From: Nitrospirota bacterium
GTDB taxonomy: Bacteria > Nitrospirota > UBA9217
DNA: 64,000 bases
Direction: 5' to 3'
NCBI GenBank assembly: GCA_963663225.1
Contig: OY760142.1
Coordinates: 672,001-736,000, forward strand
Part shown: one piece after another, positions 48,966 through 58,161 of the stretch
Numbering within the stretch: position 1 is the first letter of the stretch
Layout of the letters: every line of letters starts with the position of its first letter
Position numbers and translations under genes: made by a program
Notes under the pieces: generated by a model
The model's input: the letters and a program-made list of their open reading frames with translations, nothing else
Told to the model about the DNA's origin: nothing
Databases searched by the model: none

Positions 48966-49239
48966 ATGAACCGATTTATCGTACTGCACGTCTTATCATC
49001 ATTCATTCACTACACCAACACAATTTCACCCGATGGAAAAGAGCAGGATAGTTGCAGATGTATGCTCAAAAGGGGTGCTTTTTGTGTAGACTGGAGGTAA
49101 GCAAAAAAGAACCGTACAGACTCAATCTTCCATTCAGTAATTGCTCTATTTTAGTTTTTCGCTTGTATATGGCTGTACCGGGTAACAGATCCAGATGTGC
49201 GATTCTAAATAGACTTGTAGTGATTTGAAAGGAGGTTGT

Positions 49240-51051
49240 ATGTATTTTCAGAATTACAATCCGCTCGGCAATGTCTTCCTTTCCACCATTGTGGCAGCAA
49301 TCCCGATCCTCGTGCTGCTGTACTTCATCGCCCTGCACCCGCATACTGATAAAGATGGTGTGAAACACCTCGGTATATCCGCCCCATGGGCAGCGCTTTA
49401 CGGCGTTATCGCGGCCTTCCTGGTTTCGTGCCTGCCTTTCGGGATGCCTTTTGCATCAGCCGCTTCCGCTTTTTGCCTCGGCGTTATGTCCGGATTTTTA
49501 GGGATCATCTGGATTGTTCTGGGGGCCATGTTCCTCTATACGATGACCGTCATAACCGGACAGTTCGAAATCGTGAAGGACTCCATTATTCACATCTCAT
49601 TTGACCGGCGTCTCCAGTGCGTGCTGATCGCCTTCTCCTTCGGTTCCATCATTGAAGGTACGTCAGGCTTCGGTACCCCGGTTGCCATTGCAGGAGCCGT
49701 GATGGTGGGTCTGGGATTTAGACCGTTCCAGTCTGCTGTTCTGAACCTTCTGGCCAATACCGCGCCTGTTGCGTGGGGTGCCATCGGAACGCCTATCGTA
49801 ACGCTTGCTGCCGTCAGCGGCCTCGACCAGGTCACGCTTTCTTCCATGGCAGGCCATCAGCTTCCTTTCTGCTCCATCCTGGTGCCGTTCTGGTTGATCG
49901 CAGCCTTCGTGTTTTATGAGGGTGGCACCTGGAAGGATGTCTTTGAAGTATGGCCGGCGGCCCTCTGCTCCGGCGGTTCTTTTGCTCTCATGCAGTTCTA
50001 CGCTTCCGGAACACAAGAATTCCACCTGATGACCGACGTGGTTTCGGGTGTGTTTTCCGTTATCTGCACAGCCCTCTTCCTGCGCTTCGTATGGCATCCT
50101 AAGACTCGCTTCCTGCTGAAGGAAGAGCGTGAAGCCCTGGCTAAAGCCGGTAAGAGTACTTCTACGACGACCGCCGATGCCTCGGAGTGGAAGTATCCCC
50201 ATACCACTGGTCAGACAATATATGCCTGGCTTCCCTGGACTATTCTGATCGTTTGCTGTGCCGTTTGGGGTATGCCGGTATGGAAAAAATACCTGAATGG
50301 TGTTATGTCAACAATCACGTTCAGCACCACCCTGCTCGGCTCCAAGTTTGCTGGATCGCTTTCTCTGCCGGTTTGGGATATGCCGTCATTACATAACATG
50401 GTGATGCGCACCCCACCGGTGGCTGTAGAACCAAAACCGGAAGCCGCTCGCTTTGTTATTAACTGGCTTTCCTGCGCAGGTACCGGCGTGTTTACTGCTG
50501 CGATTCTGACCGGTTTTGTGCTCAAAATGAATGCTTCTCAGTGGAAAGATGCAGTTATCCGCACGGCCCATCGTATGGTGATCCCCATTTCGGTTATCGC
50601 TCAGGTGCTCGGACTCGGGTTCCTTACCCGCTACGCAGGCACCGACGCGGTCCTCGGTCTGGCCTTTACGCATGCCGGCTTCTGGTATCCGTTCTTCGCG
50701 GCCTTCCTCGGATGGCTCGGCGTCTTCCTTACCGGATCCGACACAGCATCCAACGCCCTGTTCGGAAGCCTCCAGAGAATCACCGCACAGCAGTTGGGCT
50801 TGAACGAGTATCTGATCGTTGCCGCCAACTCCACCGGCGGTGTTATGGGTAAAATGATCGACGCACAGTCCATCATGGTTGCGTGCGCAGCATGCTACGA
50901 AGATCCGAAAGAACGCGCTCACTCTCTGGGCCCGATCTTCCGCGCCGTGTTCTGGCATTCCCTTGCCGGAGCTTGCGTGATCGGCATCATCACCATGCTG
51001 CAGGCCTACATCTTCACTGGCGCAATTCCAATCCCGCCGCTTGGTAAGTAA
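49240..51051 (+). CDS. lctP: L-lactate/glycolate permease, copy 1
   Basis: QNYNPLGN, IEGTSGFGTP, ANTAPVAWGA.GTP, GSDTASNALFG, GKMI; SD GGAGG before ATG 49240. Confidence 0.93.
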   Translation: MYFQNYNPLGNVFLSTIVAAIPILVLLYFIALHPHTDKDGVKHLGISAPWAALYGVIAAFLVSCLPFGMPFASAASAFCLGVMSGFLGIIWIVLGAMFLYTMTVITGQFEIVKDSIIHISFDRRLQCVLIAFSFGSIIEGTSGFGTPVAIAGAVMVGLGFRPFQSAVLNLLANTAPVAWGAIGTPIVTLAAVSGLDQVTLSSMAGHQLPFCSILVPFWLIAAFVFYEGGTWKDVFEVWPAALCSGGSFALMQFYASGTQEFHLMTDVVSGVFSVICTALFLRFVWHPKTRFLLKEEREALAKAGKSTSTTTADASEWKYPHTTGQTIYAWLPWTILIVCCAVWGMPVWKKYLNGVMSTITFSTTLLGSKFAGSLSLPVWDMPSLHNMVMRTPPVAVEPKPEAARFVINWLSCAGTGVFTAAILTGFVLKMNASQWKDAVIRTAHRMVIPISVIAQVLGLGFLTRYAGTDAVLGLAFTHAGFWYPFFAAFLGWLGVFLTGSDTASNALFGSLQRITAQQLGLNEYLIVAANSTGGVMGKMIDAQSIMVACAACYEDPKERAHSLGPIFRAVFWHSLAGACVIGIITMLQAYIFTGAIPIPPLGK

Positions 51052-51071
51052 CAACAGTATTTTCTAATAGT

Positions 51072-51107
51072 AACCTCCCCCGGCTTTATCGGGGGAGGTT
51101 TTTTTTA
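51072..51107 (+). terminator. Intrinsic terminator of lctP1
   Basis: ACCTCCCCCG...CGGGGGAGGT followed by a T-tract. Confidence 0.9.
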
Positions 51108-51327
51108 TAATCAACAACTATCCCCTCCGAATGGAATCATTCAGAACAGGTAAATAAATTATTTCGATAAAAGATATGCTTTTAAACATCATGGCTTCTC
51201 AATAACCGAAAAAACAACATATCAGACGACTTGTTTTCTCCAGACCCCCCGAGAATACCGCTGATGAAGGCTCCACAAATATACCTTCTTCACCTTACAT
51301 CGACTGCTACAAAATCCCTTTTTTTTC

Positions 51328-51377
51328 TTGACAAGAATACGCTAATCGTTGCATAATGACAGTTGCATAGAGAAACT
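51328..51377 (+). promoter_or_regulatory. marR promoter with overlapping operator-like boxes
   Basis: TTGACA-18-CATAAT; AGTTG-N7-AAACT at 51361-51377. Confidence 0.65.
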
Positions 51378-51384
51378 AAATTAA

Positions 51385-51834
51385 ATGGCTAAAACGGCTC
51401 AAAAGTATTTACTGAATGACTCGTTATACTATTTGGCTGCACTTTATGCGCGGACTGTTCATAGACGCCTTAATCAGGAACTGAGCGGCAAAGGTTACAA
51501 AATTACGGCGGAGCAGTTGTCTTTCCTGGTTCATGTGTGGGCTCAAGGCGGGCAGACCCAGCAATTTCTTGCCGAAAAACTTTACAAAAATAAAACTACG
51601 ATGGCACGTCTGATATCCAGCGTAGAATCCCAAGGTCTTGTTGCACGCAAGGCGGGCAAACACGATGGCAGGGAAAAAACGGTGTTTATTACCCCTCAAG
51701 GGGAAAAAATAATCCATAAACTCTCTGAAATTGCCCAAAAACTGTGCTATACGAACGTGGCAAAAGGAATTTCGGAACGGGAAATAGCGCTATGTAAAGA
51801 TGTCCTGCGCAGAGCGCACCAAAACGTGGTGTAG
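51385..51834 (+). CDS. MarR-family transcriptional regulator
   Basis: ITAEQ..L, TQQFLAE, TTMARLI..GLV.R, DGREK.V.IT..G wHTH pattern. Confidence 0.92.
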   Translation: MAKTAQKYLLNDSLYYLAALYARTVHRRLNQELSGKGYKITAEQLSFLVHVWAQGGQTQQFLAEKLYKNKTTMARLISSVESQGLVARKAGKHDGREKTVFITPQGEKIIHKLSEIAQKLCYTNVAKGISEREIALCKDVLRRAHQNVV

Positions 51835-52008
51835 CTTTTTAATCGGTTGTGTATTAACCTTTTGCGATAATTTTTTACTGGAGTGCACCTAGCAACAATT
51901 TTCAGCAAATAGATGCAAAGTAGCTGGCTTCCAAAATACTAAACATACAAACTTGTATAGCGATGTCTCAAGGCCCAACGTGGAAATCGCTAATTTTTTT
52001 GAATATTT

Positions 52009-52041
52009 AGTTGTATTTAACAACTGTTGCTATTTACAACT
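52009..52041. promoter_or_regulatory. Tandem palindromic operators (probable MarR sites)
   Basis: AGTTG-TATTTAA-CAACT directly followed by TGTTG-CTATTTA-CAACT. Confidence 0.6.
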
Positions 52042-52577
52042 ATATCCCTTCCAAGTGTAAGGGATTGCTTAAAAAAGAACTGCCAACCTGCTTTTTAAAA
52101 TCTCTTGTTTAGCTTTTTTTTGTTGAATGTAGACTACCCCTCTCGTTTACTCAAATGGAGTATAACGTGGGCTCTTGGCATAACTTTAGGTACTTTTGTG
52201 AGCGTTTGTCCGGAGAAAGTCTCGCAAGTTTTTTACTTATAAGAAGTTGCATGAGCAGACTTTTCACGGAATTGAAATTCGCAAAATTGGACATTGAAAC
52301 AACCGAAACATCTGGTTTGAAGTGAAACTGATGTTTACAACATAAAGAAAGGAGGTATTCAGCCGCAGTTTCGCTTTCTAGTTTAAGGATGCAAGAACAC
52401 TTAACGACAGAAAGCATGGATTGGATAGTCAAGCAGCATATCAACAACTGGAGAATCCAATCTCCCTTTTCAGCAATTGCTCTATTATTTAGTTTTTCGC
52501 TTGTATATGGCTGTACCGGGTAACAGATCCAGATGTGCGATTCTAAATAGACTTGTAGTGATTTGAAAGGAGGTTGT

Positions 52578-54392
52578 ATGTATTTTCAGAATTACAATCC
52601 GCTCGGCAATGTCTTCCTTTCCACCATTGTGGCAGCACTCCCGATCATCGTGCTGCTATACTTCATCGCCCTGCACCCGCATACTGATAAAAATGGTGTG
52701 AAACATCTCGGTATATCCGCCCCATGGGCGGCGCTCTTTGGCGTTATCACGGCCTTCCTGGTCTCATGTTTGCCCTTCGGGATGCCTTTTGCGTCAGCTG
52801 CGTCTGCTTTCTGTCTCGGCACCCTGTCCGGATTTTTAGGGATCATCTGGATTGTTCTGGGGGCCATGTTCCTCTATACGATGACCGTCATAACCGGACA
52901 GTTCGAAATCGTGAAGGACTCCATTATTCACATCTCATTTGACCGGCGTCTCCAGTGCGTGCTGATCGCCTTCTCCTTCGGTTCCATCATTGAAGGTACG
53001 TCAGGCTTCGGTACCCCGGTTGCCATTGCAGGAGCCGTGATGGTGGGTCTGGGATTTAGACCGTTCCAGTCTGCTGTTCTGAACCTTCTGGCCAATACCG
53101 CGCCTGTTGCGTGGGGTGCTGTCGGAACGCCTATCGCAACGCTTGCTGTTGTCAGCGGACTCGATCTGGTCACGCTTTCTTCCATGGCAGGCCGTCAGCT
53201 TCCTTTCTGCACCATCCTGGTGCCATTCTGGTTGATCGGCGCCTTCGTGTTTTATGAGGGTGGCACCTGGAAGGATATTTTTGAAGTATGGCCGGCAGCT
53301 CTCGTAGCCGGTGGCTCTTTTGCCATCATGCAGTTCTGGGCATCAGGACAGGAAGCATTTCTGCTGATGACCGATGTGGTTTCGGGTGTGTTTTCCGTTG
53401 TCTGCACAGCCCTCTTCCTGCGCTTCGTATGGCATCCTAAGACCCGCTTCCTGCTTAGGGAAGAGCGTGAAGCCCTGGCTAAAGCCGGTAAGAGTACTTC
53501 TACGACGACCACCGATGCCACGGAGTGGAAGTACCCCCATACCACTGGGCAGACAATATATGCCTGGCTTCCCTGGACTATTCTGATCATCTGCTGCGCT
53601 ATCTGGGGTATGCCGGCATGGAAAAAATATTTGAACAATCTTTTCTCCACAATTACGTTCAGCACCACCCTGCTCGGCTCCAAGTTTGCTGGAACGCTTT
53701 CTCTGCCGGTTTGGGATATGCCGGCACTGCATAATTTAGTGATGCGCATGCCTCCCGTGGCTCCTGTCGATGCAAAACCGGAAGGCGCCCGCTTCATCAT
53801 TAACTGGCTTTCCTGCGCAGGTACCGGCGTGTTTACTGCTGCAATTCTGGCCGGTTTTGTGCTCAAAATGAATGCCTCACAGTGGATAGATGCTGTTATC
53901 CGCACGGCCCATCGTATGGTGATCCCCATTTCGGTTATCGCTCAGGTGCTCGGACTCGGGTTCCTTACCCGCTACGCAGGCACTGACGCGGTCCTCGGTC
54001 TGGCCTTTACGCATGCCGGCTTCTGGTATCCGTTCTTCGCGGCCTTCCTCGGATGGCTCGGTGTCTTCCTTACCGGATCCGACACAGCATCCAACGCTCT
54101 GTTCGGAAGCCTCCAGAGAATCACCGCACAGCAGTTGGGCTTGAACGAGTATCTGATCGTTGCCGCCAACTCCACCGGTGGCGTTATGGGTAAAATGATC
54201 GACGCACAGTCCATCATGGTGGCCTGCGCAGCGTGCTACGACGATCCGAAAGAACGCGCTCACTCTCTGGGCCCGATTTTCCGCGCCGTGTTTTGGCATT
54301 CCCTTGCCGGAGCTTGCGTGATCGGTGTTATTGTCATGCTGCAGGCTTATGTCTTTACCTGGATGATTCCAATACCGCCACTTGGAAAATAA
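52578..54392 (+). CDS. lctP: L-lactate/glycolate permease, copy 2
   Basis: Near-identical paralogue of 49240-51051 with the same SD and upstream ~110 nt. Confidence 0.93.
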   Translation: MYFQNYNPLGNVFLSTIVAALPIIVLLYFIALHPHTDKNGVKHLGISAPWAALFGVITAFLVSCLPFGMPFASAASAFCLGTLSGFLGIIWIVLGAMFLYTMTVITGQFEIVKDSIIHISFDRRLQCVLIAFSFGSIIEGTSGFGTPVAIAGAVMVGLGFRPFQSAVLNLLANTAPVAWGAVGTPIATLAVVSGLDLVTLSSMAGRQLPFCTILVPFWLIGAFVFYEGGTWKDIFEVWPAALVAGGSFAIMQFWASGQEAFLLMTDVVSGVFSVVCTALFLRFVWHPKTRFLLREEREALAKAGKSTSTTTTDATEWKYPHTTGQTIYAWLPWTILIICCAIWGMPAWKKYLNNLFSTITFSTTLLGSKFAGTLSLPVWDMPALHNLVMRMPPVAPVDAKPEGARFIINWLSCAGTGVFTAAILAGFVLKMNASQWIDAVIRTAHRMVIPISVIAQVLGLGFLTRYAGTDAVLGLAFTHAGFWYPFFAAFLGWLGVFLTGSDTASNALFGSLQRITAQQLGLNEYLIVAANSTGGVMGKMIDAQSIMVACAACYDDPKERAHSLGPIFRAVFWHSLAGACVIGVIVMLQAYVFTWMIPIPPLGK

Positions 54393-54426
54393 TACTCTAG
54401 ACTGAATTTTCACACTATCTTTTTTT

Positions 54427-54458
54427 ACCTCCTCCGGCTTTTTGCCGGAGGAGGTTTT
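54427..54458 (+). terminator. Intrinsic terminator of lctP2
   Basis: ACCTCCTCCGGC...GCCGGAGGAGGT-TTT; homologous to the lctP1 terminator with a compensatory change. Confidence 0.85.
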
Positions 54459-54480
54459 GTAAATTTTCGCGGGTATTCAA

Positions 54481-55296
54481 ATGACAAAGAGACATAAATG
54501 TCCTCGGTGTGGTTTTACAAAAGCGTATGCAATACGGAGAGAAAAGAAGCGCTGCCAACGCTGCAAATATGAGTGGCATCCAGGACGTCTTCCATTACAC
54601 TTGGAAACATCCGAGTGGAGAGGCGTAGTGACAACCTTCCTGAAGGGTTTTTCAAGCAGTGGAATCGCTCTTGAAACCGGATTTGAACGCAAACGTATTT
54701 TGCGGGCACTTCTCTGGATTCGAAAAGCAATGACGCTTGATATCCCAAAAGTGTTTAATGGAAAAATACAGATCAATGAAGCGTATCTCGACGGTCAGGG
54801 CAAAAATAATGCTGCCACACAAGAACCCGGAGACATAAAAGGACACCGAGGAACACTCAAAACTCCTGTTTTCGGAATTTTATACAGAAATGGCAAAGTA
54901 TGGGCAGAAGTTGTAGATGATGTTAGCGCACAGTCGCTGATACCCTTAATGAATGCAAAAAGAAAAGGAACTTCTTCTGCTTTTCCCGATATATCAAAAA
55001 ACTACTCAGGAATTGCAGCAAAGGGATGCTTCTACCATTTTGCGAAGCGTGAACCAGCAGAACGCCGTAGTATTGATACCGGAAACCGCATCAGCAGTAT
55101 TGAGGGTGGATTTTGGGGATACCTTAGACGCAAGTTGGCGACAAAGGGAGGTGTTCGAAAAGAACGGCTGCCTCTCTATCTTGGTGAATATGTCTGGCGT
55201 TATAATCAAAGAAGTTTATCGATAGAGGATCAGACTGATCGTATTCTTGCATTACTGCACAATCAAAAATCGCAGAAATTTGCAATTGAACATTAA
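54481..55296 (+). mobile_element. Degenerate IS1595-family (ISXO2-like) transposase
   Basis: Zn ribbon CPRC...CQRC; KTPVFGIL.RNG.V; EGGFWGYLRR; YLGEYVWRYN; no terminal inverted repeats seen. Confidence 0.75.
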
Positions 55297-55436
55297 TCTA
55301 GAATCTAATCGGCGCTTTTAGAGCTGCTTAAGCATACCATACTCAAAAAGTTTTATCATCCTAAGTATTACTAGCTCCCGTGTTGTATAATAGAATCCTA
55401 AAATACCGAAAACCAGAGTCCACATCAGCAACCTGA

Positions 55437-55895
55437 TCAATAACTTGTAAAGTTAATAAGGTTCTCCACCCATTTTGCAAGATCTGTTTTGTCTTTCGGC
55501 GCACCGTCAACTCTGATAATTTCCTTACCATTCTTATAAACAATAAACGTCGGCGTTTTCTCTATTTTAAAACGGCTGGCTAATTCGACATCAGACTCTA
55601 TATCCACTTTCAGGACCTTGAGTTTTCCTATTTTTTCTCTTGCGAGATTCTCCACCACCGGATCAGTAATTTTGCAGAAAAGGCATAGGGGGGCGGTAAA
55701 AACAACAAGCAGGGTTTCAGGCCAATGCGCAACTGCCCTATCAAAATTCTCCCTTTTAATCCACATCGACTGTCTTGGAAATTCAAGAATTGTTTTGCAG
55801 CTACCGCATAAAGGTTTTGTCAAAAGTTTATTTTCAGGAACGCGATTCAATGTTAAACAATTATAGCATCTAATAATTACAGAAGTATCGGACAT
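55437..55895 (-). CDS. TrxC/Trx2-like thioredoxin with N-terminal zinc finger and atypical active site
   Basis: CYNC..NRVP...CGSC zinc motif; APLCLFC instead of WCGPC; cis-Pro TPTF; probable start MSDTSV. Confidence 0.8.
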   Translation of the reverse strand: MSDTSVIIRCYNCLTLNRVPENKLLTKPLCGSCKTILEFPRQSMWIKRENFDRAVAHWPETLLVVFTAPLCLFCKITDPVVENLAREKIGKLKVLKVDIESDVELASRFKIEKTPTFIVYKNGKEIIRVDGAPKDKTDLAKWVENLINFTSY

Positions 55896-56104
55896 ACTTA
55901 TTCCTGTTAATTCGCTGTTGACTGAAATCCGTATTAAGCAAAGAAATACGACCTTTTCTTCACGGGAATGCAACCGTCGGGTTGAAAAAACAGCTAGATA
56001 TTGAGTACAGTACTTAAACATAGTTTAGTAAAGTGCAAGCCTTTAGTCAAGAAACCTTTTAACCAGCCGAGATATTAATTGTTTTTTTCTTACTTGGTTT
56101 TGGA

Positions 56105-57409
56105 CTAATCAACAGGCAATTTATCGCGCAAAGCTGTAAAAACTATCCCCTGGCCTGGTTGTAAGTTATAATGAAAGGGAGCCGATATGTAGTCCAGTTG
56201 ATCAGATGGCGATACGTCGACAAGCGTGCTTCCCGATTGCATATAGTTTCTTAAATTCTCAGCATAAAAATGCTGCTGTGAGTGTATGTCCTTATTCAAA
56301 ATAACAAGCGCCTCCTCGCGTGTTGCTACTGATGCTTTCCATATAAGCAAAATCCGGTTATTTGCATGATGTAACACATGAGTAGGACCGTCTTCCTGGA
56401 AAACACTGTGACTGCTTTTTATTCTATTTACAGTGCTGATAAATGTTCTTAAATCTATCTCAGTTTTTTCCCAGTCTTCCGGCTTCGTATTCACAACATG
56501 CAGTTTTTCGTGAAAACCGAACTCAAAGCCGATCGGCATCATAACACCGCCTGAAAAAAGAGCTGAAAAAAAATATCGCTGACGAAGCCCTTCTCTGTTT
56601 CCCTGTAACTCTGCAGCAAGTCTGTTCGTATCATGGCTTTCCGGAAATGCGACTGACGGACCAAGATCACGCGTTAACGCATATTGCTCCATAAGCCAAT
56701 AATCATCATAATTCCACCATTTAGAACTGTTGAAAATATAATCGAACCCGGCAGATGCCGTATTTCTTGTCATCTCCGAAGGAGAACCGAGGGTTTCCGC
56801 CAAAAAAAGAATGTCCGGATATTTTTGTTTTATTCTACCGATCAATTCAATCCACATACTTTTGGGGATCTGATAGGCGGCATCGCACCTAAAAGCCCTG
56901 AAACCCATTGATATCATATGCTCTATAATGCTTAAAAAAAATTCGATAAGACCTTTCTGATCTTTTGTATTCCGGTGGTCAAACTTCGCGAGATCCCTCC
57001 AGACGACCCGTTGGCCGTTTTCATCTGCGCCGGGATGAACGATGTTGTTTTGTTCCCATAAGAACCATTCCGGATGAGCGGTTATCAGCGGTGAATCAGA
57101 CGCGCAATGATTTATAACCAGATCCCCCATTACTTGCATACCAAGTTTTCCTGCAGTATTAATCATTTGCCGTACCTGTTCTGTAGCAGTCAAACCACAG
57201 TCAGAATCTATCAGCTCTTGATTAAAATCAAAATAATCTGCGATAGAGTAAAGGCTTCCTGATACTCCAGGACGCTGAATTGGATTTACAAAAACCCAGT
57301 TAAATCCCATTTCCGCTGCTCTTTTGAGATGAGTCTCCCAATTCGCGACTTTACCACATAACAAAGGAAATAGATTATAAATGAGCATTTTTCTATTAGA
57401 CATTTTCAT
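56105..57409 (-). CDS. GH13 alpha-amylase-family (GlgE-like catalytic domain) protein
   Basis: GSLYSI, DLVINH, FRCDAAY, FLAETLG, ESHDT; SD GAGG before ATG 57409. Confidence 0.88.
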   Translation of the reverse strand: MKMSNRKMLIYNLFPLLCGKVANWETHLKRAAEMGFNWVFVNPIQRPGVSGSLYSIADYFDFNQELIDSDCGLTATEQVRQMINTAGKLGMQVMGDLVINHCASDSPLITAHPEWFLWEQNNIVHPGADENGQRVVWRDLAKFDHRNTKDQKGLIEFFLSIIEHMISMGFRAFRCDAAYQIPKSMWIELIGRIKQKYPDILFLAETLGSPSEMTRNTASAGFDYIFNSSKWWNYDDYWLMEQYALTRDLGPSVAFPESHDTNRLAAELQGNREGLRQRYFFSALFSGGVMMPIGFEFGFHEKLHVVNTKPEDWEKTEIDLRTFISTVNRIKSSHSVFQEDGPTHVLHHANNRILLIWKASVATREEALVILNKDIHSQQHFYAENLRNYMQSGSTLVDVSPSDQLDYISAPFHYNLQPGQGIVFTALRDKLPVD

Positions 57410-57551
57410 TGTCCTCTCAATATTAATGCCTTCCTCCCATGCTAATGGATGAAAAGCTGCTCTTCTATTATTTTTTATCGGAAATTGATTCAAAAACTTA
57501 AATATTTCTGCTTCTTGCATTTATAATATCGTTGTGATATAAAAGTATTCA

Positions 57552-58115
57552 ATGATACTTAACCGCTTGTTTTCCTTTCTCGAGGACAGAACCGATTTTA
57601 TTTACTGCGTATCTCAGAAAATCCTTTTCCGGCTCGGCCTCGTAATTCAGGTAATAGGCCTGGCGATTCTAGCGGTTCTCTACCCTCTGGAAAGTCCTTT
57701 TTTCACAATCGGAATTATGGTCTTTGAGACTGGTGTTCTTTTTTCTTCTTTGTTTTTTCTGGGCAGTTGCTCCTGGCTGGATAAAGCTGTTTGTTTCCTG
57801 ACGGTTATTGGAATTTTGATTCAGTTTTTTGGATTTTATGCACCTGAGGAATATGCGGGACTAATCATCATCAGCGGGGTTGGTCTTATTTCTGCTGCAG
57901 CTGCTGTAATAACAGGCAATGTGCTTTATAGTCTAAAGCTCAACCGAGGACTTTTTGTCTTGGCGATATTTTTTCCTGTTATGCCTCTTATAAATATTTT
58001 CTTCAACATAAATCATGTCTTGAATGCCGCCGTATTTTCATCACTTTTTCTTTTGCTGCTGTTTCTTACAGGGAAAGCGCTTCGGCAGCTCCATCGCCGG
58101 AATCCTAGGAATTAA
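57552..58115 (+). CDS. Hypothetical integral membrane protein (~6 TM)
   Basis: Repeated hydrophobic helices; fills the gap between flanking genes. Confidence 0.65.
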   Translation: MILNRLFSFLEDRTDFIYCVSQKILFRLGLVIQVIGLAILAVLYPLESPFFTIGIMVFETGVLFSSLFFLGSCSWLDKAVCFLTVIGILIQFFGFYAPEEYAGLIIISGVGLISAAAAVITGNVLYSLKLNRGLFVLAIFFPVMPLINIFFNINHVLNAAVFSSLFLLLLFLTGKALRQLHRRNPRN

Positions 58116-58161
58116 ATTACCTTATAAAGACTACCGCAAAAAATTTGCTGAATACTTTTTT

